From assembly GCA_023266055.1 (NCBI GenBank), contig JAHFRW010000010.1:4139-68138 (forward strand): a DNA stretch of 64,000 nt. The letters are read 5' to 3'. Source of the stretch: Gammaproteobacteria bacterium (GTDB taxonomy: Bacteria > Pseudomonadota > Gammaproteobacteria > Ga0077554 > Ga007554). The position numbers and the translations under genes were made by a program. Shown here piece after piece: positions 38,149 to 48,494 of this stretch (its first letter is position 1; the number at the start of each line of letters is the position of its first letter). The notes below the pieces were generated by a model, which saw only the letters and a program-made list of their open reading frames with translations, was not told where the DNA came from and did no database searches.

Positions 38149-39318
38149 TCACCAGATTTCCTGCGCCATTTCTACCACATCACCCACGCTGATGACGCGG
38201 TTACGGCCACGGGCCTTGGCATCATACAAGGCACGGTCGGTATGGCCCAGCAGAACATCCCCATTCATTTTAATGGCGTGAGGGTCGTGCTCCGGGTTAA
38301 ACGTGGCAATGCCTATGGAGATGGTGACGGAAAACTGCTGGATACCCTGTTCACTGCCGGGCGCATGCCGCTGCAGGGTAAAACGATGTTCTTCAATACT
38401 GCGACGAATACGCTCGGCGATTTCCAGCGCGCCTTCGGCACCGGTCTGGGCCAGTAGCACCGAAAACTCTTCACCGCCGTAGCGTGCCAATACGTCACCC
38501 CCGCGCAATTGGGCACGAATAACGGTGGCTATTTCACGCAGCACCTGGTCGCCCATTTGATGCCCGTAGGTGTCATTGACACGTTTGAAGTGGTCAATGT
38601 CGAGCAGCAGGCACGACAGGGAACGCAGGTTACGCCGTGCGGCGGCCACCTCTTCGTTCAAACGCTGGTCAAAGAAACGCCGGTTGTTGACGGCGGTGAG
38701 GGTGTCCGTCAATCCCTGGCGCTTGAGCCGCTCAAGGTTGACGGCGTTCTCCACGCAAATGGCAACGATGGCGGCAAAATGCTCGAGAATATCGGCGCGC
38801 ATGCCCTTGACGAAGCGTTCGCGGTTATAACTACCCAGGTTAAGGCTGCCAATGAGTTTGCCGTAGCGCACCAAGGGCAGCAATGCAACGCTGGCAGGGC
38901 GGGGTAATTGTGGAAACAGTCCGGCGTGGCGATTGGGCTGAAACGGCCCAATCATGGGAAACAGGGAGTAAGGGTGCAATGAATCCAGGCCGTCCAGGCT
39001 GCTGACAAAAATCAGCATGGGCTGGTCAGCCACCGGAATACTCTCTTCCTCAAGGGTACGCCGCACTTCATATTCAGGATCGACCAGCAGCAGTGTGACA
39101 AGATCCCACTGAAAGTTGGCGGTGTCGGGGTATAGCAGCGCCTCGATGAGCTCCCACAACGACCCTAAACCGGCCAGACGCAGTTCCAGTGCCTGAAAGC
39201 GCCGTAATTTACGCTCATTCTGGCGGCCTTCAGCCAGTACATTATCGAGTCGTTGACGTAACGATGCCTCTGCGCCGTGTGCGCCAATCATATCGGGCAC
39301 CGCAGGTGTAGCAGACAT
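38149..39318 (-). CDS. Diguanylate cyclase with DUF484/GAF-like N-terminus
   Basis: TDTLT..NNRR, DIDHFK.VND.YGH, ARYGGEEF, AK..GRNR; start set at MSATP. Confidence 0.9.
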   Translation of the reverse strand: MSATPAVPDMIGAHGAEASLRQRLDNVLAEGRQNERKLRRFQALELRLAGLGSLWELIEALLYPDTANFQWDLVTLLLVDPEYEVRRTLEEESIPVADQPMLIFVSSLDGLDSLHPYSLFPMIGPFQPNRHAGLFPQLPRPASVALLPLVRYGKLIGSLNLGSYNRERFVKGMRADILEHFAAIVAICVENAVNLERLKRQGLTDTLTAVNNRRFFDQRLNEEVAAARRNLRSLSCLLLDIDHFKRVNDTYGHQMGDQVLREIATVIRAQLRGGDVLARYGGEEFSVLLAQTGAEGALEIAERIRRSIEEHRFTLQRHAPGSEQGIQQFSVTISIGIATFNPEHDPHAIKMNGDVLLGHTDRALYDAKARGRNRVISVGDVVEMAQEIW

Positions 39319-39463
39319 TTCGGCACGGCGGATGCTGAAGCCATCGGCCGGATCATCAGTGTGGCGGTTTTCCACCCTCCCCCTCCGTAACGGTTTGGCT
39401 GACGCTGTAATAGTGGCAGGTTGGTCATGGCCACGCAAGCCAGGCGCGCCTTTATCACCTATA

Positions 39464-41056
39464 ATGTCCACCATGAACATCAATCCACACACGGCATCAC
39501 CCTCTGCTGGCATTCTGCCCTATTTGTTATTAGCTGCGATAAGTCTAGGTTTTTTCTATAATATTCACGCGATTCCGCTGTTTGATGTCGATGAAGGTGC
39601 GTTCAGCGAAGCCACCCGCGAAATGCTGGTGCGTGGTGATTTCATTTCAACCTACCTGAATGGCGTGCCACGTTACGACAAGCCGATTTTGATTTACTGG
39701 CTACAAGCGGCCAGTGTAACGCTGTTCGGTATTAACGAATTTGCACTGCGTCTGCCGTCGGCACTGGCCGCCACCGCATGGGTTCTGGCGATATTCTTTT
39801 TTGTCAAAACACTGCGCGATGGCAAAACCGCTTTTTACGCGGCCATCATGATGGCGACGGCGCTGGAAATATCGATAATGGGCAAAACCGCCACTGCCGA
39901 TGCGCTGTTAAATCTGTGGATTACCTCGTCCATGCTGGTGGGTTATCTGTTCTTTCATACCCAACGGCAAAAATACCTCTACTGGATGTTTTTTTTCATT
40001 GGCCTGGGCTTTCTCACCAAAGGCCCGGTGGCGGTCATGATTCCATTGGCGGTGAGTTTTTTGTTTTTTGCCATCAAACGTGAATTCAAATTATGGCTGC
40101 GTGCGGTGTTCAACCCCATTGGCCTGATTATTTTTCTGGCGGTTGCCATGCCCTGGTATGTCGCGCAATACCTGAAGGAAGGCGATGCGTTTATCCAGGG
40201 GTTCTTTTTCAAGCATAATATTGACCGCTTTCAAGGCGCCATGGAGCAGCATGACGGCAGCATTTTTTATTATGTGCCGGTCGTGCTGCTGGGCTTGTTG
40301 CCATATACCACGGTGTTACTGGGTACGTTGCTGCGCATCAAAACCATCATCAAGGACGATTTACAGTTATTCCTGCTGCTGTGGTTTGGTTTTGTATTTT
40401 TGTTTTTTTCGCTGTCCGGCACCAAATTGCCGCATTATGTAGTGTATGGTTTCGCACCATTGATCATATTAATGGCGTTGCACTTGATGAATACGCTGCC
40501 AGACCGGCGCCCACCGGGCATGCGCGCAAGAATCGGGCTGTTTCTGCCGCCACTGCTGTTTTTTGCGACCTTGCTGTTTTTACCCAATATTGTCGGCTAT
40601 GCCTTGCCTCAAATCCGTGATGACTTCATGAAGCTGGCGCTCGCCGACTACCAAACCCTGTTCACACCGGCATACCGGATTTTTTTCGGTGTTGCGGTAT
40701 TGTTAACCCTGTATTTCATGGTTGAGAACCGGCTGGAATCCTCCCGCAAGCTGCTTTTGAGCGGCCTGGTCACAGCGTTTGCCGTATCGAATTTTTTAAT
40801 TCCTGTCGTTGCACACGTTCAACAAACGCCCATAAAAGAAGCCGCGCTGATTGCGAAGCAGCACGATTATACCGTGGTCATGTGGCGCCTGAGTATGCCG
40901 AGTTTTAGCGTATATAGCGAGCGTCTGGTGGAAAAACGCGACCCGCGCACGAATGATATTGTCATCACCAAAAGCATTTACCTGGCTACGCTCAGAAATA
41001 CTGAAATCATCTATGAGAAAAATGGCATCGTACTCGCCAAAGTAGGAGCGCAATGA
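39464..41056 (+). CDS. ArnT/GT-C family membrane glycosyltransferase
   Basis: DVDEG.F...REM, YDKP, ALRLPSA, LTKGP, MPWY, TKLPHY. Confidence 0.88.
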   Translation: MSTMNINPHTASPSAGILPYLLLAAISLGFFYNIHAIPLFDVDEGAFSEATREMLVRGDFISTYLNGVPRYDKPILIYWLQAASVTLFGINEFALRLPSALAATAWVLAIFFFVKTLRDGKTAFYAAIMMATALEISIMGKTATADALLNLWITSSMLVGYLFFHTQRQKYLYWMFFFIGLGFLTKGPVAVMIPLAVSFLFFAIKREFKLWLRAVFNPIGLIIFLAVAMPWYVAQYLKEGDAFIQGFFFKHNIDRFQGAMEQHDGSIFYYVPVVLLGLLPYTTVLLGTLLRIKTIIKDDLQLFLLLWFGFVFLFFSLSGTKLPHYVVYGFAPLIILMALHLMNTLPDRRPPGMRARIGLFLPPLLFFATLLFLPNIVGYALPQIRDDFMKLALADYQTLFTPAYRIFFGVAVLLTLYFMVENRLESSRKLLLSGLVTAFAVSNFLIPVVAHVQQTPIKEAALIAKQHDYTVVMWRLSMPSFSVYSERLVEKRDPRTNDIVITKSIYLATLRNTEIIYEKNGIVLAKVGAQ

Positions 41057-42039
41057 CACCTGCCCGGTTTTTTCAGGTAACCGTTGTGGTAATGGCCTCA
41101 CTATTGTCAGGCGCCTGTGCTGGCCCCTCCACCCTTGTCACAGGCTCAACACCCGTGGCGTATGTGGCAAAAAATGACGGCAGCCTGTTTGCGCGCCATG
41201 CGCCGATGATAGTGCCGCAGAATCAATTCAAAACCCACAATCAAATTGGCCGGCCTACCGTGGATTATGATGTGCAGGATCAGGAAGAAACCCTGTACAT
41301 TGACTCCACCTCACCGGTCTTTTACGCTCAGCAACAACCCTTCCAGACCAGCAAGGGTCAATACACCAATCTGATTTACCGCGTGCATTTTACGGAAGTG
41401 CCGTTTCAGCTTTTTCCCTTCAATCTTACCGCCGGAAAAAATGGCGGTCTGCTGATCGTGGTAACGCTCAATCACACCGAACAACCGGTGTTGATCACAA
41501 CCGTACATACGTGTGGCTGTTATGTCGCCATCATACCGACGGCATTTCTACCGGCACAGGATTATCCCGCAACATGGGACACCACACATTCCCAAAATAT
41601 TTATGGCGAACGCCTGCCATCACAACTCACCTACCCGGCAAACCCTGACACACACTATCGACCCGTAATATTCCTGCGTGACGGCACACACCGTGTAATG
41701 GATGTAACGATAGACACTGCAGAGGCCTATCATGCCGTGATTACGCCTGTCGAACCGGCTGAAACATTAAAAAACCTGCCATTGGATATCAATACTACCA
41801 CCTCGTTTTACGCAACCGAGGGAATACGCAAAGGCTATGTCAAAAGGTCATTCAAACCCTTTGAACTGGCCTTGATGAGTTGGTGGGTACTCGATCCTTT
41901 CGTGGGCGTCGATAAGGAATTCAGCACTGATCCGAATAGCGGACCGGTATTTTACACCAGCCTCGCGCCCTGGAACCGCCAGGACTCAGACATGCGAAAC
42001 TTCGCAAACTTCCTGACATTTTGGGGATGGCGGTTGTAG
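41053..42039 (+). CDS. Lipoprotein of unknown function
   Basis: SGAC lipobox-like, HTCGCY motif, ATGA-coupled to the arnT-like gene. Confidence 0.7.
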   Translation: MTPARFFQVTVVVMASLLSGACAGPSTLVTGSTPVAYVAKNDGSLFARHAPMIVPQNQFKTHNQIGRPTVDYDVQDQEETLYIDSTSPVFYAQQQPFQTSKGQYTNLIYRVHFTEVPFQLFPFNLTAGKNGGLLIVVTLNHTEQPVLITTVHTCGCYVAIIPTAFLPAQDYPATWDTTHSQNIYGERLPSQLTYPANPDTHYRPVIFLRDGTHRVMDVTIDTAEAYHAVITPVEPAETLKNLPLDINTTTSFYATEGIRKGYVKRSFKPFELALMSWWVLDPFVGVDKEFSTDPNSGPVFYTSLAPWNRQDSDMRNFANFLTFWGWRL

Positions 42040-42083
42040 TGACCACTCTTCATATCAACCATGTCACCCATGATGGGCCATTG

Positions 42084-42638
42084 TCATTTTCCAAACTGAA
42101 GCGCGTCGACTTTTTTGCGTAACTGCGCCGCCTCAGCGAACATTTCCAGTACGTCATACTCTTCTGCGTACTTGTTGAAAATGATACCCACCGTCTTTTT
42201 TTCATCACCCGAAAAGTTATCAGACAACGCCATGAGCCTGACAACCATGGGCCAGGCTTCAGCGAATCGTTGCTGTTCAGCGGCAACGATAGACAACTCG
42301 GCCAAGCGTCGGCCAATCTTGCTCTGATCCGGAACAGGCAGTGACTCCTGTATTTTCAGGGATGCCTTATAATATTCTTCGACTTCAGAATACTTCCCAA
42401 GCTGTTTCTTGATTCTGCCCAGATTGTAAAGCGTCTGGGACTCCAGAACCGGCCCAAGATTACCCATGCGCACATTTATCCATGCGCGACGACAGGCATC
42501 TTCTGCAACATTCAGCTGACCGCCATGCTCGGCATCGGTGCATGCCTGCGCATAGCGGTCCATCGTTACGCGATTCAGTGGATTCGCGCACCCTGCAACC
42601 AGAACTCCCACAGCCACGCCAAAAATCAAGGTTTTCAT
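42084..42638 (-). CDS. TPR lipoprotein
   Basis: GGAGG RBS, lipobox VAGC, LYNLGRIK..LGKY.E.E.YY. Confidence 0.78.
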   Translation of the reverse strand: MKTLIFGVAVGVLVAGCANPLNRVTMDRYAQACTDAEHGGQLNVAEDACRRAWINVRMGNLGPVLESQTLYNLGRIKKQLGKYSEVEEYYKASLKIQESLPVPDQSKIGRRLAELSIVAAEQQRFAEAWPMVVRLMALSDNFSGDEKKTVGIIFNKYAEEYDVLEMFAEAAQLRKKVDALQFGK

Positions 42639-42694
42639 TATTTCCTCCAGAATATGACACTCAAAAAGCGGGCAACCACATTGACCGATCCGGC

Positions 42695-43591
42695 TCAACT
42701 TTTACGTCTTGCCCGTACCCACCACAGGCATGCAATCGCCAGGGACAGGCTCCATATATCCATGCTCCCACCACCACCCAGCTTGAAATTATCAACCCTG
42801 TTCCAGTTGTCATCCTTGCCCCCCTCTTTTGTCACCGTGGTGGTGTGCTCCGCCGTTACCACAGACATGGAAACGGCCTGTGAAAGATCATAGTTATCAA
42901 ACCGGCTTAACGTTTTGGAAAGTTGCTCACCAAAATTCTGCGTCGCCGCAAGCAAACCATGAGTGGACTCCTGCGCCCGTGCACCATTCAGGCCGTAGCT
43001 TGTTGAATGAGTGGTGCGTCGATCATTACCACTCTGCCTGAAGATCAGGGCATTACTTTCAATATGAATGACTTTTCCATCGATATGCGTCGAGGTCACC
43101 GTCTTGGCGGAGGGTACCAGAAAAGCACCGACGATGGTCGCATCGGCAAGGCCACCGGGGCCGCTTTGCTGGTCACTTTGATCCTGCTCATAGGACAACA
43201 GAATTACAATCTCCGCATCGTACATTGACCGAATCTGACTCAGGGAAATTTTGGCATTAACATCCTCCAGCGCCACGACAGATACCGACCTTATGTACTT
43301 CGGATTTGCGAGGAGCTGTTGCTTGAGCAGATCGGCGGCTTGCCGCAACATTGTTTTGGGTATGTTGTGATTTTTATCAGGCACAAACGCAATGGCAACC
43401 GACGCAGGAAATGCCAACGATGCTTTTTCAGTTACTTGCCTTGAATCCTTTACCGGCTCAATGATCGTAGCCAGTGGTTGAGACGAGGTGTTGCGCGTCG
43501 CGTATTGGGCACAGCCAGAAAGGGTGGCACTGGCCATTATAACCAACGACACCATACCGAGAGAAAGACGTTTTAAAGTAGACATGACCAT
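42695..43591 (-). CDS. Rhombotarget lipoprotein (GlyGly-CTERM)
   Basis: Lipobox LSGC, FP..VAIAFVP, TIVGAFLVP, C-terminal GGGGSM-TM-RARRKS. Confidence 0.82.
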   Translation of the reverse strand: MVMSTLKRLSLGMVSLVIMASATLSGCAQYATRNTSSQPLATIIEPVKDSRQVTEKASLAFPASVAIAFVPDKNHNIPKTMLRQAADLLKQQLLANPKYIRSVSVVALEDVNAKISLSQIRSMYDAEIVILLSYEQDQSDQQSGPGGLADATIVGAFLVPSAKTVTSTHIDGKVIHIESNALIFRQSGNDRRTTHSTSYGLNGARAQESTHGLLAATQNFGEQLSKTLSRFDNYDLSQAVSMSVVTAEHTTTVTKEGGKDDNWNRVDNFKLGGGGSMDIWSLSLAIACLWWVRARRKS

Positions 43592-43639
43592 GACCCCTGT
43601 TAGTGAATGACTGGGGTCATCTTAGCCATGAGGACAAAT

Positions 43640-43674
43640 ATAAATAAACTTTATTGTCAATAGTTTATGTTTAT
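43640..43674. promoter_or_regulatory. Imperfect palindrome in the divergent promoter, candidate operator
   Basis: ATAAATAAACT-TTATTG-T-CAAT-AGTTTATGTTTAT. Confidence 0.4.
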
Positions 43675-43727
43675 TATCATTATGGTATATTATTAATATA
43701 CTATTTGTCGTCTACAGAGGATGACCC

Positions 43728-44474
43728 ATGACCCAGACTGCGGCGGTCATCGACACACTGAAACACGCCCTGAAAAGCCACGGACTGACTTACGCTGACG
43801 TGGCACGCGAGCTGCGCATGAGCGAGGCCAATATCAAACGCATGTTTGCCTCCCGACGTTTTACGCTGATGCGACTGGAGGATATTTGTCGCCTCATGCA
43901 CATGGAGTTAATTGACCTGATCAATCTCCATGAGGAATCGCGTCAGCGCATTACCCGCCTCAGCCTGGAACAGGAGGAAGAATTGATACGTGATGCCAGA
44001 CTTTTGTTTGTCGCCGTCAGCGTACGCAACCGATTGAGCTTCAGTGATATCATCACCCACTACACAATATCCAGAACGGAATGCATACGCTATCTCGCCA
44101 AACTTGACCGGCTCAAAATCATCGACTTATTACCGGACAATCGCATCAAGCTGCGTATTGACGAAAATTTCCGCTGGCTACCCAACGGCCCTATCGAACG
44201 TTTTTTTGAAACACAGATTCAAAACCAGTTTCTGAAATCGGATTTCACTTATGCGCTTGCGCAGCGCTTGTTTCAATTTGGCCTGTTAAGCGATGCCTCC
44301 ATTCAGATCATGCTTAACAAGACAGAATCCCTGGCCAAGGATTTTATGGATTTACACCGCCAGGATGCGGGTTTACCCTTGGCGCAGCGGCATAATATGG
44401 GCATGATGCTGGCGCTACGCCCCTGGGAGCTGGGCGTGTTTCAGCCCTTGCGACGACATTCCGACGATATCTAA
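43728..44474 (+). CDS. XRE-family HTH transcriptional regulator
   Basis: LTYADVARELRMSEANIKRMF; WLPNGPI; ALRPW. Confidence 0.85.
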   Translation: MTQTAAVIDTLKHALKSHGLTYADVARELRMSEANIKRMFASRRFTLMRLEDICRLMHMELIDLINLHEESRQRITRLSLEQEEELIRDARLLFVAVSVRNRLSFSDIITHYTISRTECIRYLAKLDRLKIIDLLPDNRIKLRIDENFRWLPNGPIERFFETQIQNQFLKSDFTYALAQRLFQFGLLSDASIQIMLNKTESLAKDFMDLHRQDAGLPLAQRHNMGMMLALRPWELGVFQPLRRHSDDI

Positions 44475-44495
44475 CGCACCGCGCACACGACACTG

Positions 44496-45092
44496 ATGAC
44501 CATGCCAATTGATACCCACCTGATTACCCGAAGATCCATTGCCGAACAGATAGAAGAACTGGGGCAATTTCGCATCGCCATATTCAGGGATTGGCCCTAT
44601 CTCTACGATGGCAACATGCCGTATGAGCGCGACTACCTGTCTCGCTATGCCAGGTGCGAGAGCAGCTTTGTGCTTGTGGGACGCGATGCTCATGGCATCA
44701 GGTATGCGTGTACCGCCATTCCTCTCAAGCACGAGCTTCCACAATTTCAGCAATCTTTTCTGGAACGTCAGATCCCTGTTGATAATAAATTTTATCTGGG
44801 AGAGATCATGGTACGGCGGGAACTACGCGGCCAGGGTATGGGCAGGCTTTTGATGAACAAGGCGCTGTCAACCATCGCTGAACTCAATCACCCCTCTGCC
44901 GAGGTAGTGCTTGCTACAGTAATTCGCCCCTCAACACATCCGCTTAAACCCGCTGATTATAATGCCAGTGATCATCTCTGGACAAAATCGGGATTTGCAC
45001 GAAGGGATGATCTTGTTATGACGCTTGACTGGAAAGATATTGACCAGGAGCGGGAAACTACTAAAGAGATGGTCTATTGGCTTAGAAAATAA
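44496..45092 (+). CDS. GNAT family acetyltransferase
   Basis: FRDWPYLYDG, YLGE...LRGQGMG, WKDI. Confidence 0.85.
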   Translation: MTMPIDTHLITRRSIAEQIEELGQFRIAIFRDWPYLYDGNMPYERDYLSRYARCESSFVLVGRDAHGIRYACTAIPLKHELPQFQQSFLERQIPVDNKFYLGEIMVRRELRGQGMGRLLMNKALSTIAELNHPSAEVVLATVIRPSTHPLKPADYNASDHLWTKSGFARRDDLVMTLDWKDIDQERETTKEMVYWLRK

Positions 45093-45104
45093 CTGCCCAC
45101 CTTG

Positions 45105-46022
45105 TTACGCGCCTGTCCCTTGAGCATGATTCACACGTTCACTCAAATGTTGTTTGGCCCAGGCAATAAATGTTCGGGTACGGGCGGAAAGACGCCGGGA
45201 TGGGGAATAGACCAGCGCGACCGGCAATGGCGCAGGCTCGTAGTTATCCAGAATAATCCGGAGCTGCCCGGTGGCAACCAGACTCTGAATTTGATATGAC
45301 AGAAACAGGCTCGCGCCCAAACCATCCAGACAACCCGCAATGGCAGCATCACCATGATTGGTGGCAAGGCGAATATGGGCAAGCGCTACTTCCTGGTGGT
45401 GGGGCGAAGTGCCAAAGGTGATGTGGTTCGTCGGCATTAAACCATGCAGCTGAATAAATGGAATGTCGGCGATATCGTCGGGCTTTTCGATTTTTGCATG
45501 TGCGTCAAGAAATGCCGGTGTTGCGCAGACACATCGACGGACGCTACCGACAGGGGTGACGACCAGATCCATATTGCTCACCGCCCCTATTCTGACCGCA
45601 AGATCAATACCCTCTTCAATCAGATCAACCACGCGGTCTACCAATAACAACTTTACCGAGATTTTTGGGTATTGCACAAGAAAGGCATTCACAACCGGGC
45701 TGACGTGCAGCCGCCCGAACAGTACTGGCGCGGTCACGACCAGCGTGCCTGTCGGTTCTGTGCGGCGGTCACGCAATATGTCCTCCAGCTCCGAGAGCTC
45801 GCCCAGTATGCGGCGACATGCTTCCACATAAAGCGCGCCTTCTTCCGTGATATGTACACGCCGCGTGGTACGATCAAAGAGACGCACTCCGAGAGAGTCC
45901 TCGGTGGCCGCAAGTACTCGCACTACGGTTGGCAGCGAGGTATCCAGATGGTTGGCGGCAGCGGTCAGGCTGCCATTTTCTGCAATGGCAAGCACAACCC
46001 GCATGTGTTGAAGGGTGTTCAT
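45105..46022 (-). CDS. LysR family regulator
   Basis: GSLTAAA..L..S, LGVRLFDRTTR..ITEEG, DRVVDLIEEGIDLAVRIG. Confidence 0.93.
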   Translation of the reverse strand: MNTLQHMRVVLAIAENGSLTAAANHLDTSLPTVVRVLAATEDSLGVRLFDRTTRRVHITEEGALYVEACRRILGELSELEDILRDRRTEPTGTLVVTAPVLFGRLHVSPVVNAFLVQYPKISVKLLLVDRVVDLIEEGIDLAVRIGAVSNMDLVVTPVGSVRRCVCATPAFLDAHAKIEKPDDIADIPFIQLHGLMPTNHITFGTSPHHQEVALAHIRLATNHGDAAIAGCLDGLGASLFLSYQIQSLVATGQLRIILDNYEPAPLPVALVYSPSRRLSARTRTFIAWAKQHLSERVNHAQGTGA

Positions 46023-46043
46023 GGCTCATATTAGTCCGTATTT

Positions 46044-46079
46044 TGGAATAAATATATCATAAAATGGTCATTTATTCCA
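46044..46079. promoter_or_regulatory. Inverted repeat in the LysR divergent promoter
   Basis: TGGAATAAAT-16 nt-ATTTATTCCA. Confidence 0.5.
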
Positions 46080-46151
46080 TATATTGAACTGTATAAGCTG
46101 TTCTTGCCCGTCATGTCGTCGGGCCAGGATCACACTTAAGGAGAGTCTCCC

Positions 46152-46538
46152 ATGAGCATTACAAATAAAATAGCCATTATTATTCTTGCTGACCCCAAGC
46201 CGGGTACTGACGAAGCGCTAGGACGGCTGTTCAACGCACTGGTCACCGCCTATGATGCCAAGCAGCGTGGCGACCAGGTGGATGTGGTTTTTCAGGGCGC
46301 GGGTACACGCTGGACGGAGTTAATCACGCGCAAGGATCATCCCGCCCACGCGCTGTATGAGGCGGTTAAAGATAACATCGTTGGCGCCTCCTGCGGCTGT
46401 GCAGATGTGTTCGGCGCAACCAGCGCGGTCAAGGACAACGGGTTTACTCTGTTGAAAGAAGCCAACATCCCTGGCACCAGTGGTGTAGCCAGCATTGCCG
46501 GGCGTCTTGCTGATGGATATCGGATTGTGACGTTCTAA
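46152..46538 (+). CDS. DsrE-like protein
   Basis: GRLFNAL, VVFQGAG, GASCGCA. Confidence 0.7.
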   Translation: MSITNKIAIIILADPKPGTDEALGRLFNALVTAYDAKQRGDQVDVVFQGAGTRWTELITRKDHPAHALYEAVKDNIVGASCGCADVFGATSAVKDNGFTLLKEANIPGTSGVASIAGRLADGYRIVTF

Positions 46539-46599
46539 CCCGTTTCACCTGTGTTAACGCACGTGGCGATACTGCCACGTGCGTGTTTTGGAGGACCCT

Positions 46600-47511
46600 A
46601 TGTCAACCCCTTATCATTCAGAAGAATGCCATATACAGGCACTGGCCGGGCAGGTGCATCAGGCCGGCAGGAGTGGTGCGATGATTGCCACATCGATTAT
46701 CCCCGGCGCCTGGCATTTTCTGGCGGCTCAACCCATGCTGATACTGGGCAGCTGGGACGGGCAGCGCGGTGCCTGGCCTGCGCTCGTGATGGGTGCACCC
46801 GGCTTTGTCAGAACGGTGGATGGCACGCAGGTTTTTTTGGATATGACCACCGCCTGTGCCGACCCGGACGATCCGCTGTGGGATAACCTGCAGCGTAACG
46901 GCCTGATCAGCCTATTGGCCATAGAGCTCGCAACACGCCGCCGGCTGCGCATTAACGGGCATGTGGCCGCGTTGCCAAACATCTCTCTGGCACATAGCGC
47001 CTTCGAAATGAAGGTTGATCAGGCGTATCCAAATTGTCCCCGATATATTCAGCGCCGCACGCTGCACATGGATGATCTTGCCTCTGCAATGAGTCCGGCG
47101 CATCAAAGCGTATCACTCAATGATGAGCAGGCGCGGTTGATCACCGCCGCCGACACCTGTTTTGTTGCCAGCGTCCACCCCGATCACGGCACGGATGTAT
47201 CGCACCGGGGTGGAAAGCCTGGATTTGTCGAGATTGAATCGACTGACTGCCTGCGCATTCCGGATTATCCGGGCAACGGCATGTTCAATACCTTGGGAAA
47301 TATCCACGCTACCGGTTTTGCGGGGCTGTTGTTCGTCGACTTCACCGCGGGTCGGCAATTACAGATTATGGGTGATGCATCCATCGACTGGAATACCAAT
47401 AACACCGACATACAGCGGTTCTGGTCGCTGAAAATCCGACAGGTGCGTGAATCATCATTACCCCTGGGAGTGCGCTGGGAGTTCGTCGATGCATCGCCAT
47501 TTAACCTGTAG
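46600..47511 (+). CDS. Pyridoxamine 5'-phosphate oxidase family protein (tandem domains)
   Basis: RRRLRING, YPNCPRYIQ, SHRGG.PGFV, PDYPGNGMFNTLGN. Confidence 0.87.
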   Translation: MSTPYHSEECHIQALAGQVHQAGRSGAMIATSIIPGAWHFLAAQPMLILGSWDGQRGAWPALVMGAPGFVRTVDGTQVFLDMTTACADPDDPLWDNLQRNGLISLLAIELATRRRLRINGHVAALPNISLAHSAFEMKVDQAYPNCPRYIQRRTLHMDDLASAMSPAHQSVSLNDEQARLITAADTCFVASVHPDHGTDVSHRGGKPGFVEIESTDCLRIPDYPGNGMFNTLGNIHATGFAGLLFVDFTAGRQLQIMGDASIDWNTNNTDIQRFWSLKIRQVRESSLPLGVRWEFVDASPFNL

Positions 47512-47575
47512 ATATACGTTTAGCCTTGAATCCGGCCTTTAAACACCGTATAAAGGGAGATAACAGGAGGCTCCC

Positions 47576-48457
47576 ATGTCCATCGAACGTACCATTACCG
47601 GCGTTTACCGTGGCGCACCGTTTCACTGGGTGGGCGATGGCTTTCGCGTCAGCAACTACTTTCAGTCCGGCAATAATTTTGGGCGTAAAATCAGCCCATT
47701 TCTGTTATTGGACTATCATGCACCCTTTCATTATGCGCCAACGGATAATCAGAAACGTGGTGTTGGCCCACATCCACATCGCGGTTTCGAAACTGTAACA
47801 CTGGCATTTGCCGGCAGCGTTACGCATCACGACAGTGCGGGCAACGGCGGTATTATTGACGCCGGTGACGTGCAGTGGATGACCGCCGGGAAAGGTATTC
47901 TGCATCGTGAATATCATGAAAAAAACTTTGCGCGCTCGGGCGGAACACTGCACGCGATACAACTGTGGGTGAACCTTCCCAGGGCACACAAAATGGACGA
48001 GCCGCATTATCAGGGCATCGTTGCCGCACACATGGGGCACGTCGAATTACCCGATAACAGCGGTTATGTGCGCATTATTGCCGGAAAATACCAGGGCACC
48101 AAAGGCCCGGCCAGGACGTACACGCCGATAAATCTGTTTGACATTCATATGCAACCCGGCGGCCATGCCCACTTTTCATTTCCGGCACATGAAAATACCA
48201 TGATGCTGGTGATGAGCGGCGCTGTCACCATTAACAACACCACGTCCGCCACCGCCGCTGACTTCGTGCTGTTTGATAACACAGGGGAAAACATCACGAT
48301 TAACGCGCAATCCGTTGCACATCTGGTACTATTGAACGGTGAGCCGATCCATGAGCCCTTCGTGCAATATGGCCCCTTCGTGATGACCACAGAGCAGGAA
48401 ATCCGCACAGCGATTGATGATTTTAACAGCGGCGCCTTCGGCAACCTGGAAAATTAG
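47576..48457 (+). CDS. Pirin family protein
   Basis: PFLLLD, HPHRGFETVT, VQWMTAG.GI.H.E, QLWVNLP, YGPFVM. Confidence 0.93.
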   Translation: MSIERTITGVYRGAPFHWVGDGFRVSNYFQSGNNFGRKISPFLLLDYHAPFHYAPTDNQKRGVGPHPHRGFETVTLAFAGSVTHHDSAGNGGIIDAGDVQWMTAGKGILHREYHEKNFARSGGTLHAIQLWVNLPRAHKMDEPHYQGIVAAHMGHVELPDNSGYVRIIAGKYQGTKGPARTYTPINLFDIHMQPGGHAHFSFPAHENTMMLVMSGAVTINNTTSATAADFVLFDNTGENITINAQSVAHLVLLNGEPIHEPFVQYGPFVMTTEQEIRTAIDDFNSGAFGNLEN

Positions 48458-48494
48458 ATTCATGGCAAAGCAAATACTAGCGGAACGATAACCC

